64,000 bases of DNA from Methanobacteriota archaeon (GTDB lineage Archaea; Thermoplasmatota; Thermoplasmata; SG8-5; JAGLSY01). Position 1 is the first letter of the stretch. Every line of letters begins with the position of its first letter. The notes under the pieces were generated by a model, which worked only from the letters and a program-made list of their open reading frames with translations, was not told the DNA's origin and searched no databases. Where the stretch lies: the NCBI GenBank assembly GCA_020697715.1, contig JAEHCO010000004.1, positions 51,665 to 115,664 of the forward strand. The letters run 5' to 3'. Position numbers and translations under genes: made by a program. This document shows positions 1-8,501 of the stretch, piece after piece.

Positions 1-1144
1 GGTTCTGGTTGGTCGGGATTATGCAGTTGGCCTTCACGCATACGCCTTTGTCATCGTATGTGTAGTCATGGAATAATATTCCTCTAGGCACATCGACTGC
101 TCCGACGCCTCGGCCAGCCTTCACTTCGTACTTGGGCCTCTCATTGACATTGACACCTTTTTCCAGTAGCTTGTCGATCAGAGCCAGCGTGTCTTCGATG
201 CTGTGCACGATCTCCACCAGCTGGGCCACATTGTTCATGAAAGGATTATGGTTTACTGGTTGAAGTCCGAACTTGCCAGCCCATTCCTTTGCCAGTGGTC
301 CCATCTTTTCATAGTTCAGATTGAACCTGGCGAGTGCGCCGACCATGTATGATTCCCTCTTGTGCTTGGTGTATTTGGCTGTCGAATGCGGCACAACGAA
401 TTCATTTGTTATGCCTTCATACTCTGCAACTGGCCATCGTCCGCCATCCGTAGATCCGATGTCGCCGTCATAGATAGCATATTCATCATCCGCAACAAGA
501 CCGATGAACTCTGTCTCACGTACAAAGTTAGGCAGTTTGTGGGCATGCGCCAGCACGATCTCACCGACCGCGACCACATCAGGTATGGCATCCACCCATT
601 TCTGGCGAATTTCTTTCAATTGCTTTTCCGAAGGTATGTGACTGAAGCCTCCAACTACAAGACTTACTGGATGCACTGTCCTTCCACATATCAGATTGGA
701 GAACTCATTTGCCAATCTGTGTAGTCCGACAATTTTCAGGACCGCATCGGTATGACTGCTTGCTAATGGTACAACACTTGGTGCGCCCAATAGATCAGGA
801 GCTACCAGGTAACCGACATGCAGGACATGGCTTTGCAGGTTCTCCGCATGGATAGCCAGTCGTCTCAATATCTGTGTTTGCTCGGATATCTGAATGTCCA
901 TTGCGGCTTCTGTAGCTTTTAAAGAAGCCAGGCTGTGACCTATCGAGCATATACCGCATATCCTTGAGGTTATGTGGCTCAGCTCATTGTACGGTCTGCC
1001 TCTTACGAATGATTCGAAGAACCTTGGAGCTTCGGATACTTGCCACTGGACGAACTCAACTGTCCCATCCTTTGCGTTCAATACTATATTTCCATGGCCT
1101 TCAACTCTTGTCAAGTGCTCTACATTTATGTTTATCTCAGACAA
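1..1144 (-). CDS. hyhL: Group 3b [NiFe]-hydrogenase large subunit, 3'-truncated by the window edge
   Basis: Not in the ORF track. TTG start at 1144 after GGAGGTGA reads MSEININVEHLTRVEGHG and later RICGICS (L1 motif). Colinear with the paralog at 6439-7764. Confidence 0.92.
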   Translation of the reverse strand, partial: MSEININVEHLTRVEGHGNIVLNAKDGTVEFVQWQVSEAPRFFESFVRGRPYNELSHITSRICGICSIGHSLASLKATEAAMDIQISEQTQILRRLAIHAENLQSHVLHVGYLVAPDLLGAPSVVPLASSHTDAVLKIVGLHRLANEFSNLICGRTVHPVSLVVGGFSHIPSEKQLKEIRQKWVDAIPDVVAVGEIVLAHAHKLPNFVRETEFIGLVADDEYAIYDGDIGSTDGGRWPVAEYEGITNEFVVPHSTAKYTKHKRESYMVGALARFNLNYEKMGPLAKEWAGKFGLQPVNHNPFMNNVAQLVEIVHSIEDTLALIDKLLEKGVNVNERPKYEVKAGRGVGAVDVPRGILFHDYTYDDKGVCVKANCIIPTNQN

Positions 1145-1145
1145 A

Positions 1146-1925
1146 TTAGTCACCTCCTTTATCTTCAAAGTCGCGGTAATTATACATCGTCCTCTTGGTC
1201 ATGATCTCATTCGGACTGAGCCCGTATTTCTTCAAGACCTCGGCATGAGCCTGGGTATGCGGATGGTCCACATATCCTCTGCAAGCCTCGCATTCGCCGC
1301 CATGTGTTGGACATGGCGCTCCACATCCTGCCCGAGCAACTGGACCCATACAGAATCCACCTGTTTCGAACACGCAGATATTCTCATTCTTCTTACACTC
1401 GACACATACCGGGTAGTCTGGTATGGGTAATTTCTTACCTGTTAGAAGTGCCACAAGGACCTTGCCGAACTCATCGGAATCAATGGGGCAGCCAGGTATG
1501 GCAGCGTCCACCTTCACGATCTCGCTCACAGCCCTGTGTTTGATCTGTGCGAAATATGGGTTGGAATCACCCTTGGTTATCTCCGAGCCAGGATGTCTCT
1601 CATAGACCTCGACCTTATTTGCCTCGGCATCCCACTGATTGCCCAGTCTCTGCACACCACCAAGGTGAGCGCATGCTCCGATGGTTATGAGTATGCTGGC
1701 TTGCTCGCGTATCTTCTTTATTCTATCGATATCAATTGGCCTTGCGATGGAACCCTCGATTATGGCTATATCATAATCGTCCGAGTGTTCCTTCATGGCC
1801 TCTCTGAAGGACACTATGTCCACCAGTGCCAATACATCAAGGATGGCCTCCTCCAGGTTCACGACCTGAAGCTGACAACCCTCACAGCTGGCAAAGTCAA
1901 AGAATGCTACTTTGGGTTTACTCAT
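1146..1925 (-). CDS. hyhS: Group 3b [NiFe]-hydrogenase small (delta) subunit
   Basis: FASCEGC, EGS, GACA and GCP proximal-cluster motifs, plus C-terminal PVCxEC...CMGP...C...C...CxxC. Start inferred at MSKPK downstream of GGAGG. Confidence 0.93.
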   Translation of the reverse strand: MSKPKVAFFDFASCEGCQLQVVNLEEAILDVLALVDIVSFREAMKEHSDDYDIAIIEGSIARPIDIDRIKKIREQASILITIGACAHLGGVQRLGNQWDAEANKVEVYERHPGSEITKGDSNPYFAQIKHRAVSEIVKVDAAIPGCPIDSDEFGKVLVALLTGKKLPIPDYPVCVECKKNENICVFETGGFCMGPVARAGCGAPCPTHGGECEACRGYVDHPHTQAHAEVLKKYGLSPNEIMTKRTMYNYRDFEDKGGD

Positions 1926-1979
1926 GTTGGATACCTCCATTTATCATTCCGGTATCTTCAATGAAATCACTTCGCTCTC

Positions 1980-3896
1980 TCATTGAAACGCCTCCGGTTC
2001 ATCTTTAATGTCTTTATAATTGAATACAGGCCCCTCTTTACAGACATATATTCCATTTATCTGGCAGTGACCGCACTTGCCTACACCACATTTCATGCGC
2101 CTTTCCAGAGAGACAATGATATTCTCCTCCGGCATGCCCATGTTAAGCAGATCGCGGTTAACGAACCTGTACATGATCGGTGGGCCAACTACCACAGCGA
2201 TGGTGTTCAATGGATCGAAGGTCACCATAGGCATGATGGTGGTGATAACACCTACCTGTCCATCCCATGACTCGCCCTCTGCACAGGTATCAACGGTCCT
2301 GTGCATTTCGACACCAGGTGTATTCTCCCATTGGGCGATCTCATCCTTGAAGAGAAGCTCACTGGGATCCTTGCAGCCATAGAGGATCATGACCTTGCCA
2401 TAATCAGCACGGTTGTTCAGCACATACTTGATAAGGGAGCGCATTGGAACTATGCCCAATCCACCACCAATGAACAAAATATTCTTTCCCTTCATGTCTT
2501 CCGTGTCAAAGCCAGTACCAAATGGGCCTCTGATCCCGATCTTGTCTCCCTCACTTAGAGAATGAAGCTTATTGGTCAGGTCTCCCACATTCCTCACGAT
2601 GATCTGGAATGTGTTCCCTCCTGGTGGAGAAGATACTGAAATTGGTGCTTCGCCCACACCGTATATGGATACTTCGACGAACTGTCCAGGCACATGACCA
2701 AGGGGCTGGCCGTCATCCAATCCGATCTCGAAGAAGGTCTCGGTCTTGGTGAGTTTCATCATCCGCCTTATGGTCGCGGTCCTTGGTATGTACAATGAAT
2801 CACTGGCAACTATTCCAAGGTCAGATTTCTCTGGCACATGACCCACATTTGCATCAGGTATCGTGTCCATCGTCGCTTCGGCCAGTTTATTGATCAGATT
2901 GACCGGGTCTGCAATGTCAGGAATACATGCACTTGAACATCTTCCACAACCAACACAGGCAACGAAGCCCATGGCATCTGGAAGGTACTTACCCTTCCTG
3001 TTAATCCTGTGGCGATATCTCTCTACGATATCCTCTCTGAATATCTCTCCAGGCGCGACCTTTGTGAAGTCACGGAGCAGGCAGCCATCCCATGTTCTGG
3101 TTCTGACACCAGTGTTGAGATCTAATCCGACCTCGTCATTGACATCATAGCAGAAACATGTTGGACAAACGAGAGTGCAGGAGCCGCATGCCAGACACTG
3201 ATCCGACATCTCCTTCCATACCGAGCTCATGTAATTGTTCGATAGAAGAGAATGCCATGCTTTGGGGCCGACCTTCAAGCCTCTTGTAGCTCTGTCGATC
3301 GCCTCCTGTCGCTTGTTCTTGGCAGCCTCTATCTCCTGAGGCTGTGCATCTCGAGATGTTGCCCTCTGAAGGAGCTCTGCACCTTCAGGAGTTCCCGGAA
3401 GGATAGCATAAAGCACACCCAGGTCTGTAATCATCAGATCGAAGTGCAATTCAGGGGTGCCAGCATCTTTCATCAGGTCCCCATAGAAGGCCTTTTCAGA
3501 GGCCTTCGCGGGCATCACACCTATCAGAAGAGAATTTTTTCTTTTCTGCAAATATATGTCATCAACATTGGTGTCGAAGAAGTATTTGTCCATCTGCTGG
3601 ATCGCTATCAGGTCATATGGATGAACTCCCACAATGACCTTCTTCGTGTCCATAGCTGGAGCAGTGGCCTTCCCAGTCGATATATCGAAATGCATCATTG
3701 TCTCGTACTGAGGCAGATAATACTTCTTGGGTGGAAGAATGGTGACATCATAGTCCAAGCGCAGCTCTGTTGCTGAGTCTAGCGGTCCAAATACGAACTT
3801 ATCTCCTTTGGCCTTCACGCCCTCAACATCCAAAGATTCATCCTGGATCAGGGCATTTATAAAGGCATCGAAATCTTGTTTTGATATTATTTTCAT
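1980..3896 (-). CDS. Fused sulfhydrogenase beta (4Fe-4S, HydB/AsrA-like) and gamma (FAD/NAD(P), HydG/AsrB-like) subunit
   Basis: N-half has CLACGSCTLVCPTCFC and CVGCGRCSSAC. C-half has PGQFV, EAPIS, RGPFG, GGGLG, VVGPP and MKCGVGKCGHC. Confidence 0.9.
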   Translation of the reverse strand: MKIISKQDFDAFINALIQDESLDVEGVKAKGDKFVFGPLDSATELRLDYDVTILPPKKYYLPQYETMMHFDISTGKATAPAMDTKKVIVGVHPYDLIAIQQMDKYFFDTNVDDIYLQKRKNSLLIGVMPAKASEKAFYGDLMKDAGTPELHFDLMITDLGVLYAILPGTPEGAELLQRATSRDAQPQEIEAAKNKRQEAIDRATRGLKVGPKAWHSLLSNNYMSSVWKEMSDQCLACGSCTLVCPTCFCYDVNDEVGLDLNTGVRTRTWDGCLLRDFTKVAPGEIFREDIVERYRHRINRKGKYLPDAMGFVACVGCGRCSSACIPDIADPVNLINKLAEATMDTIPDANVGHVPEKSDLGIVASDSLYIPRTATIRRMMKLTKTETFFEIGLDDGQPLGHVPGQFVEVSIYGVGEAPISVSSPPGGNTFQIIVRNVGDLTNKLHSLSEGDKIGIRGPFGTGFDTEDMKGKNILFIGGGLGIVPMRSLIKYVLNNRADYGKVMILYGCKDPSELLFKDEIAQWENTPGVEMHRTVDTCAEGESWDGQVGVITTIMPMVTFDPLNTIAVVVGPPIMYRFVNRDLLNMGMPEENIIVSLERRMKCGVGKCGHCQINGIYVCKEGPVFNYKDIKDEPEAFQ

Positions 3897-3915
3897 TCTT
3901 ATTCCTCCGCAATTA

Positions 3916-4647
3916 TCAATTAATGACCTTTAGTGCTTCGAACCCATCTGGTGTGTAGCGAAGTTCGAAGGGGTCTGTGGTGTGGTTCACACCTCTCATC
4001 TTGATTATCTGGATCTGTCTCTGGCTCTTGGTGGGATTTATCTGTTCCATTGATAATTTGATTATACCATCAGCAAGGAAATCTATGTCATGCTTGCTGA
4101 ATTTTGGAGAATCCTGGCTCATCTCGGTTATCAAGAATGTTGTTACACCCAGCTTCTTCAGCCATTTGAAGAAGTGGAATAGCTCATCCCTTGGATCATC
4201 CATCTTGAACATCATTTCCACCACGGGTAGAGAATCTATGACCAGAAGGTCAAAACCCATAGCATTCTTCAATGTCTCCAATTGTCTCTTGAAGGTCTCC
4301 ATGTTCACTTTGCCAGTCGGGTCCTCAGGATGTATCCCAGGATCCTGGCTCAGCTTCAACCACTGCTCTCTTGTCGTGGTAAGGTCATAGAGATTCAATC
4401 GCCCCTCCACATTATCGCCCATACCCAGCTTGGTCAGGTGGTACATGAAATTGTCCCGATCCTGCTCAAGTGTTAGATAAAGAGCCTTGGTCTCACCGTC
4501 CTGTGCATTGGCCATCAAAGTACGGTAGGCCAATGTGGACTTCATGGTTCCAGGTGTTCCTGCCAGAAGGACAATGTGTTTATCAGGAATACCTCCGTCC
4601 ATCTTATCATCCAAACCATTAATGTTTAATTTATAGGTTTTTTCCAT
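3916..4647 (-). CDS. KaiC/RAD55-family single-domain ATPase
   Basis: GIP..HIVLLAGTPGTMKST (Walker A variant), LLVIDS (Walker B), ADGII and IIKMRG motifs. Confidence 0.85.
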   Translation of the reverse strand: MEKTYKLNINGLDDKMDGGIPDKHIVLLAGTPGTMKSTLAYRTLMANAQDGETKALYLTLEQDRDNFMYHLTKLGMGDNVEGRLNLYDLTTTREQWLKLSQDPGIHPEDPTGKVNMETFKRQLETLKNAMGFDLLVIDSLPVVEMMFKMDDPRDELFHFFKWLKKLGVTTFLITEMSQDSPKFSKHDIDFLADGIIKLSMEQINPTKSQRQIQIIKMRGVNHTTDPFELRYTPDGFEALKVIN

Positions 4648-4918
4648 TTTATCTACTCCAAAGTTCCTGGTTTTTTGTCTTAAATATTTGATCTAACCAG
4701 TTATTATCAATTGAAAACACCAGATAGGTATTAAAAAACTATGATAACATAAATGCAATAAAATGTCATAAATGATATTATTAATATCAATAAGTGGCAT
4801 TATGTACAAAATATAGCCAGTGTGATAACGTGCATATTATGTATATATTTTTACACCCCAAATAATAAATTATAGCATTATATCATTGAAAATGTATTTA
4901 TATTGACAGTTTATCCGG
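4648..4918. promoter_or_regulatory. Divergent AT-rich promoter region containing a 17-bp palindrome TGATATTA-T-TAATATCA (4773-4789)
   Basis: Intergenic between divergent genes; TATA-like tracts; palindrome read directly. Confidence 0.5.
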
Positions 4919-5974
4919 GTGATAATGACAGAACTGCTAGAAGATGAATTGAATCTCAAAATTCTGGAGAGTATTTGCACGGGCGAAGGAGTGGAAGTGA
5001 ACATAAGTCACCTTGCAAAGACCCTTGATAGACACAGGAACACTATCAAGTCCCAGATAAATGCCTTGTTCAGTCATAATATCATCAATAAACCAGTTTA
5101 TCCATTCAGTTGGTTGTATCATGAATATCCGATGCTCGCGATCGCAAGAGCCGAGCTTCCGAGAAATAATGATACCGAAAGCTGGTTCAAGAGTGATGAG
5201 CACATCTTCGCAGCCTTCCATGTGAGGGATGAGGAATACAATACATTATTGATCGAGTTCCACAAGGACATACATGCCTATGGCCAGTGGAAAAAAGAGA
5301 TAGTCAATACCAATAAGATCCCGCAGAGAGACAGAAGAAATTCAGCCCATGTTCTGGTATTCAGCAATAAGGATATCATAAAGAACAAACCTTACTCTCC
5401 AATATTCATAATGGAGAAGAAGTTCAAGGAAACTGGCAAGCTCAGTCTCAATGAATACAATATCAATAATCTATGTTTCAATATACTCAAGATGCTGGTC
5501 CAGGGAGATGGGATAAGAACCAATGAGAATATGTTGGCCCAGAAGCTGGATGTCCACAGAAAGACCATCGAAAGACGCCTCAGATCATTGAAAGAGGCAG
5601 GCATCATCTCGGATCCTGCATGCAGGTTCCCAAATTTCTTCGTACCACCAGACCAGATACTTGTTTATTATCTGATGGAGGTCAAGAGGACCAAGTCAAA
5701 GATATTAAAGGCAATTGAGAATGATGATCATATACCGATGGCGTGGGAAGCTGGCATAGGCAGATATAATTTCCTTCTCTTTGGTGTGTTCCCCAGCGTG
5801 GAGGACCATTTCGATTGGGAAGACAAGTACGACCACAGATTCAAGGAATGTATAGGGGCCATGAAGAAGATATACCTCTCACCCAGGATGGCCACTCATA
5901 TCGATCAGCAGAAGATATCTCACGGCATTATAAAGAATATGAAGAAGAAAAATGAAAAGGGATCGGATGAGTGA
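4919..5974 (+). CDS. Internally duplicated wHTH/Lrp-AsnC-like transcriptional regulator (paralog of 14186-15238)
   Basis: Two HTH-like segments (LAKTLDRHRNTIKSQINAL; LAQKLDVHRKTIERRLRSL), each followed by a RAM-like alpha/beta region. Confidence 0.7.
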   Translation: MIMTELLEDELNLKILESICTGEGVEVNISHLAKTLDRHRNTIKSQINALFSHNIINKPVYPFSWLYHEYPMLAIARAELPRNNDTESWFKSDEHIFAAFHVRDEEYNTLLIEFHKDIHAYGQWKKEIVNTNKIPQRDRRNSAHVLVFSNKDIIKNKPYSPIFIMEKKFKETGKLSLNEYNINNLCFNILKMLVQGDGIRTNENMLAQKLDVHRKTIERRLRSLKEAGIISDPACRFPNFFVPPDQILVYYLMEVKRTKSKILKAIENDDHIPMAWEAGIGRYNFLLFGVFPSVEDHFDWEDKYDHRFKECIGAMKKIYLSPRMATHIDQQKISHGIIKNMKKKNEKGSDE

Positions 5975-5990
5975 GATATTACTCATCCGA
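5963..5990. terminator. Hairpin between convergent genes
   Basis: TCGGATGAGT-N8-ACTCATCCGA, a perfect 10-bp stem. Confidence 0.5.
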
Positions 5991-6016
5991 CCATTCTATT
6001 TACACTTGGTCTTCCT

Positions 6017-6439
6017 TTATTGCTTACCACGATTATCCTGGATCTCTATCAAAGCATAGCGCAGGTTGCATCGCAGTTCCTTACTGATATTCTTACCATC
6101 CATTTTCGAAGCGATCATTTCCATTGCTGGCTCGCCGATGTCTATCAATGCCTCGATGGACCTCCATTGGACAGACGATTCATCATCCACCAGAGCTTTT
6201 ATCAATGGTTCTATAGCACATGGATCTCCAATATGACCAAGGGCCTCGGCAGATCTGTATCTCACTGTCGCATTCGTGTCATGCAATAGTGCCTCTGCCA
6301 GCGGACCAACAGCTGATCCACCTACCCTCTCAAGAGAATTGCGCGCACTTTGTTGCTCCATGCCAGTTCCTGTTCCGCAGGCCTGGATGAGATCAAGGAT
6401 ATCATTTGCTTCATACGAGTTCTGTGACACACTCTCCAT
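6017..6439 (-). CDS. HEAT/PBS-lyase repeat protein
   Basis: VRYRSAEALGHIGDPCAIEPLIKAL and VQWRSIEALIDIG repeats. ATG overlaps the hyhL stop (TGATG at 6439). Confidence 0.8.
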   Translation of the reverse strand: MESVSQNSYEANDILDLIQACGTGTGMEQQSARNSLERVGGSAVGPLAEALLHDTNATVRYRSAEALGHIGDPCAIEPLIKALVDDESSVQWRSIEALIDIGEPAMEMIASKMDGKNISKELRCNLRYALIEIQDNRGKQ

Positions 6440-7764
6440 CAGTTCCCCTCCTTTTTTGTCTCGGAGCCATTGACCCACTCGACATTCAGGTAGTGGGTGG
6501 AGCAGCTTATGCACGGATCATATGCTCTAACGAGCATCTCGAGGTTCAGCTCGATCTCCTTTTCAGGTCTGTCAAGGAGAGTTGGAGCGAAGGCCGCGAA
6601 ATCCTGGTTGATATTGTTGTGGTTCATATTTGTCGGAATTACACAGTTAGCCTTTACACAGTTCCCCTTGTCATCATATTCGTATTCATGGAAGAGAAGA
6701 CCTCTTGGAACCTCCACAGCACCCACACCGCGTCCTGCCTTTGGCGTGACCTTTGGTGTTGGCTCCTGCTTCATTCCACCGTCCAATAGTTCATCGATTA
6801 TCCTGACTGAATCCTCGATGGAGTGAACGAATTCAACGAATTGAGCCACATTGTTCATGAAAGGATTTGGATTAACTGGCTTGAGTCCGAACTTGTCAGC
6901 CCATTCCTTGGCCAGCGGACTAAGCTTATCGGCATTCAGGTTGAACCGGGCCAATGCTCCAACCATGTATGAGTCGCGTTTATTCTTGGTGAACTTGGCT
7001 GTGGAGTATGGAACTACGAACTCATTCACAATGGTCTTGTAAGCATCCGCATGCTGAGGCTCCTCATCGGTTGATCCGACCATTCCATCATACAGGGCAT
7101 ATTCGTCATCCGTGACCAGAGCGATATATTCCGTATCCCTCTTGAAATCCGGAAGAGCTCCTGCATTGGCAAGTATGACCTCGCCGACCGCATTGCCTGT
7201 TGGAACCATGTCCAGCAAGTTCTGTCTGATATCCTTCAGTGCATATGGAGATGGTGTCTTGTATATACCGCCTGGCACCAGATTGGTAGGATGTGTCGTC
7301 CTGCCGCATATCAGGTCGGACATCAAGTTCGCCTGCCTGTGGAGCTTGACAATAGCCAAAACCTCATCGGGGTTTGAACCGACGAGTGGCACCACGCTTC
7401 CAACTCCAAAGAGATCTGGAGCTACAAGGTATCCGACATGGAGTATGTGGCTCTGAAGATTCTCGGCATGGATAGCCAGCCTTCTAAGTTTCTGGCTCTG
7501 CTCGGATATCTCGATGTCCATCGCGGCTTCAGTGGCTTTCAATGAAGCCAGTGTGTGACCGATTGAACAGATACCACATATCCTGGACGTTATTGGAGCC
7601 AGCTGATTGTATGGCTTACCTCTGACGAAGGATTCAAAGAGACGTGGGGCCTCGGAGACCTGCCACTGTATCTTCTCAATGGTACCGTCCTTCGCATTCA
7701 GGACGATGTTTCCATGTCCCTCCACTCTTGTCAAATGCTCTACATTAATGTTTATTTCACTCAT
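6439..7764 (-). CDS. hyhL: Group 3b-type [NiFe]-hydrogenase large subunit (second copy)
   Basis: TRVEGHG, RICGICS (L1) and DPCISCSTH (L2), followed by a cleavable C-terminal extension. Confidence 0.95.
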   Translation of the reverse strand: MSEININVEHLTRVEGHGNIVLNAKDGTIEKIQWQVSEAPRLFESFVRGKPYNQLAPITSRICGICSIGHTLASLKATEAAMDIEISEQSQKLRRLAIHAENLQSHILHVGYLVAPDLFGVGSVVPLVGSNPDEVLAIVKLHRQANLMSDLICGRTTHPTNLVPGGIYKTPSPYALKDIRQNLLDMVPTGNAVGEVILANAGALPDFKRDTEYIALVTDDEYALYDGMVGSTDEEPQHADAYKTIVNEFVVPYSTAKFTKNKRDSYMVGALARFNLNADKLSPLAKEWADKFGLKPVNPNPFMNNVAQFVEFVHSIEDSVRIIDELLDGGMKQEPTPKVTPKAGRGVGAVEVPRGLLFHEYEYDDKGNCVKANCVIPTNMNHNNINQDFAAFAPTLLDRPEKEIELNLEMLVRAYDPCISCSTHYLNVEWVNGSETKKEGN

Positions 7765-7820
7765 ATTCGACCCCTCCATTTCATTCCGGGCTCTTGAATG
7801 TGCTCAGTTCGTTCGCACAT

Positions 7821-8501
7821 TCAAAATCCCTCCTGAGTCATGATCTTTTCAAGCATCTCCATCGAATCATAGGAGAATACCTTGGCTGCTACAAGTATCT
7901 CTTCTTTTGTGAAGCCAGCATCCTTGTATGCCTTCAATCCGAATCTGAGGATATCCTCATTGGCCATTATCGAATGACAACCCTCACACCTGTATCCTTT
8001 TCTGGTACAGTAAGCATTACAGTTGGCATATGTCAATGGCCCCAGGCAAAGCTCTCCTCTTGTCAGAAGACAACCTTCACCCTGATTCGGGCATTCGGCA
8101 CATACTGGCACTCCATTAATATCATAATCCCTGCATAGCTTGGCGAATTGGCATTCGCCGCTGACTGGGCAATCCCTGCACTTCTGCACATGCTCCGACA
8201 GCAGAAGTTCGACAACTGTCCTTCTTGCCTGATATACAGCATCACTGATAGTAGATACAGACAATCCAGAAGAAACAGGCATCGTACAACTTGGTTGAAG
8301 CCCAGGTCTGCCACCTGCTTTCACCTCGACCAAGCAGAGTCTACAAGATCCGATCCTTTGTTCAGGGAACAGTGGATTGAAGCAAAGAGTTGGTATGTCA
8401 ACCGAGTTCGCTCTTGCCACATCCAGTACTGTCTGGTTCGGCTCTCCAGCATAGTCCTTTCCATCTATCACTATGTTTATTTTGAATGAAGTCGTTGCCA
8501 T
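7821..8501 (-). CDS. Chimeric Fe-S subunit: HydA/NuoG-like N-terminal [2Fe-2S] and His-ligated [4Fe-4S], fused to the C-terminal Fe-S domain of a NiFe small subunit
   Basis: IPTLC...SCRLCLVEV...PSC and HxxxCxxCxxxxxC (HVQKCRDCPVSGEC), then PVCAEC...CLGP...C..YC...CEGC. Confidence 0.8.
   Translation of the reverse strand: MATTSFKINIVIDGKDYAGEPNQTVLDVARANSVDIPTLCFNPLFPEQRIGSCRLCLVEVKAGGRPGLQPSCTMPVSSGLSVSTISDAVYQARRTVVELLLSEHVQKCRDCPVSGECQFAKLCRDYDINGVPVCAECPNQGEGCLLTRGELCLGPLTYANCNAYCTRKGYRCEGCHSIMANEDILRFGLKAYKDAGFTKEEILVAAKVFSYDSMEMLEKIMTQEGF

Noticed and set aside
362-1964. Plus-strand ORFs over the first hydrogenase genes, and similar shadow ORFs throughout the window
   Set aside because: They are antisense to well-supported genes and have no recognisable motifs.
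3930-3975. TTCGAAC/GTTCGAA inverted repeat resembling a tRNA T-arm
   Set aside because: It lies within the kaiC-like coding sequence and has no acceptor or anticodon arms.
6439-7764. Selenocysteine-containing [NiFeSe] large subunit
   Set aside because: The L2 motif is DPCISC with ordinary Cys codons and no in-frame TGA; the first copy's L2 lies outside the window.
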